A DNA stretch of 64,000 nucleotides from contig LSRY02000008.1 of NCBI GenBank assembly GCA_001643675.2, positions 1,426,001-1,490,000 of the forward strand, given 5' to 3'. Shown here piece after piece: positions 62,377 to 64,000 of this stretch (position 1 is its first letter; the number at the start of each line of letters is the position of its first letter). The notes beneath the pieces were generated by a model. It did no database searches and had not been told where the DNA came from. It saw only the letters and a list, made by a program, of their open reading frames with translations. Both the position numbers and the translations under genes were made by a program. The DNA comes from Monocercomonoides exilis PA203 (taxonomy: Eukaryota > Protista > Preaxostyla).

Positions 62377-63357
62377 ATGATAACAGCATCATATTTGGCA
62401 TTTTCAACGGACAAGTCCAAGGTCAAAATGAGCAAAGATATAAATCCAACACCCGTCGATTCTCCATCAATCGAAAAACAACCAAATTCATTTGACACGC
62501 CTGACTCAATAAAAACAATCAAGTCTTCAAAAATATCTGAAGAAAAGAGCGAAATAAAACAAATACCACAAATAGAAGCTGTAGCCAGCAGTTCAACTTG
62601 TCCCAGTGAGCCAACAAATCCAATATTGCATTCATTATGTTCTTCATGTCCAATTTTTCATGAGCTTCCTCTTCATCCAAAACTCATTCAACTTGTTTCT
62701 TCTTATATTTCGTTATCATTTGTTTTGGCTGCATATCCTCATTCTGCTTCTCAATCATCTCTTGGCCAAAAATTTGATAATGATTCGAGTATTCATATTT
62801 TGCCACTTCTCGGAAGACCTTTAACCGACGTCACAACACCCGACATATGTCATCCATTTTATTTACCTGCTGATGAAGATTTAATAAAGAAAGCTCAGAA
62901 ACTTGCTCTTTCTTTGGAATATATTTTTGGAACGTATAGAAAGAAAACACAATTAGTCGAATCAGATATGCTGTATTTGCTTTGTATTTTGGACAGGCTC
63001 CTCTGCCACGGTCCAAAAAGGGGGTTGACGATAAAGATAGAAAATGCCACGATGATCGTAACCGTCTGTATGATGCTGGTGAACAAGATGAGCTGTGATC
63101 ATTACTTCCTCAACTCGTTTTGGAGCGAGCTGTTTTTGATCCCTTTGAAGTCGCTGAACAAGTCAGAGTCGATAATTCTGACAGCGCTTGACTACGACCT
63201 CACATTTCAATGGATAGGAAAGAGGTTCTTCCCAGATGCATCTGATAGTTCTCTTTCTGTCCATCTCACTTCACATTCTGCTTCGGATGATCGGAATGAT
63301 CCATTCGACCGCTTTCTTGTGTTTCTGTCTCACTACACTGCACTATGGAAACTTTGA
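62377..63357 (+). CDS. Pho80/PCL (cyclin P/U)-type cyclin-box protein
   Basis: The C-terminal LCILDRL..LTIKIENATMIVTVCMMLVNKMSCDHYFLNSFWSELFLIPLKSLNKSESIILTALDYDL matches the pattern IYIDRL..N.HRL....MVAAK..DD....N..WA....I....LN.LE..FL..L.F.L. First in-frame ATG at 62377. Confidence 0.75.
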   Translation: MITASYLAFSTDKSKVKMSKDINPTPVDSPSIEKQPNSFDTPDSIKTIKSSKISEEKSEIKQIPQIEAVASSSTCPSEPTNPILHSLCSSCPIFHELPLHPKLIQLVSSYISLSFVLAAYPHSASQSSLGQKFDNDSSIHILPLLGRPLTDVTTPDICHPFYLPADEDLIKKAQKLALSLEYIFGTYRKKTQLVESDMLYLLCILDRLLCHGPKRGLTIKIENATMIVTVCMMLVNKMSCDHYFLNSFWSELFLIPLKSLNKSESIILTALDYDLTFQWIGKRFFPDASDSSLSVHLTSHSASDDRNDPFDRFLVFLSHYTALWKL

Positions 63358-63916
63358 ATTGAAATAATAATGTTAAAAAATAAAAGCAATTTTTTTTGAT
63401 TGATGTTGGTTATTATTATTATTATTATTATTATTGCTGTTGAATTGCTTAGGTTTTTTTTGAACTCACACTTTATTTGACTTTGATTTTTGAAATTGGA
63501 GGGAAAAAAAATGAACAATTTTTATTTCCAATTTCAACTTGCTTTCTCACTTACTAACTTTCTTTCTTTCTTTTTTTGGTTTGTTTGTTTAACAAACTTT
63601 TGTTTCAAGTTCTTTGGAGGAATTCTGAAGAGTATTTCGAATGTTTGTTTATGTGTGCCTATATTGATGCTATTGTGATTCTTTGTTTTTTTTATTATTC
63701 TTCTTTTCATTCAAATTTTCTTCTTCTTCTTCTTCTTCTTCTTCTTCTTCTTCTTCTTCTTTAATTAAAAAAACTGTCTTTCATATGTGTGTGTACGTGC
63801 GTATCATTACTGTGTTATTGCTTCTGTTGTTTATGATTATCTGATCTAATCTATTCTTATCTTATTAATTCGAACTTTATCCTTTCTTGCATTATTTCTT
63901 TCTTATTAACTTTCTG

Positions 63917-63954
<38 letters not shown>

Positions 63955-64000
63955 CTTTTCTTTTTCCTTTTTAATTTAATTTTTTTTTCTTTGTTTTTGG

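Noticed and set aside
1-64000. tRNA, rRNA or telomeric repeats
   Set aside because: None recognised by eye; a covariance-model scan was not possible.

Overview
This is AT-rich eukaryotic DNA with GT-AG introns and poly-Ser/poly-Glu coding. The gene families and composition resemble the oxymonad Monocercomonoides (recognised from memory, not searched). Positions 1-49.8 kb hold two giant, near-perfect palindromes: P1 (arms <1-6577 and 6680-13183, 102-bp spacer) and P2 (arms 20291-34972 and 35127-49817, 154-bp spacer). They carry seven distinct truncated paralogs of a Cys-rich FxxC/GG(A/G)x beta-helix (Pmp/adhesin-like) family, which are mosaics of short patches shared identically with one another. 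Both palindrome centres appear to be members of one ~230-bp AT-rich fold-back element. A third member sits at 20711-20945 and is mirrored at ~49163-49397. The four hairpin centres are spaced 14,200, 14,221 and 14,230 bp apart, giving an alternating head-to-head/tail-to-tail array of equal-length units. Both centres share a ~1.5-kb non-coding core that is more conserved than the genes. Further fold-backs mark both outer ends of P2. Ordinary chromosome follows: a multi-exon WDR6/TRM734 orthologue swollen by microsatellites (50443-62112) and a Pho80-type cyclin. Long-read or amplification chimerism cannot be excluded from the sequence alone.
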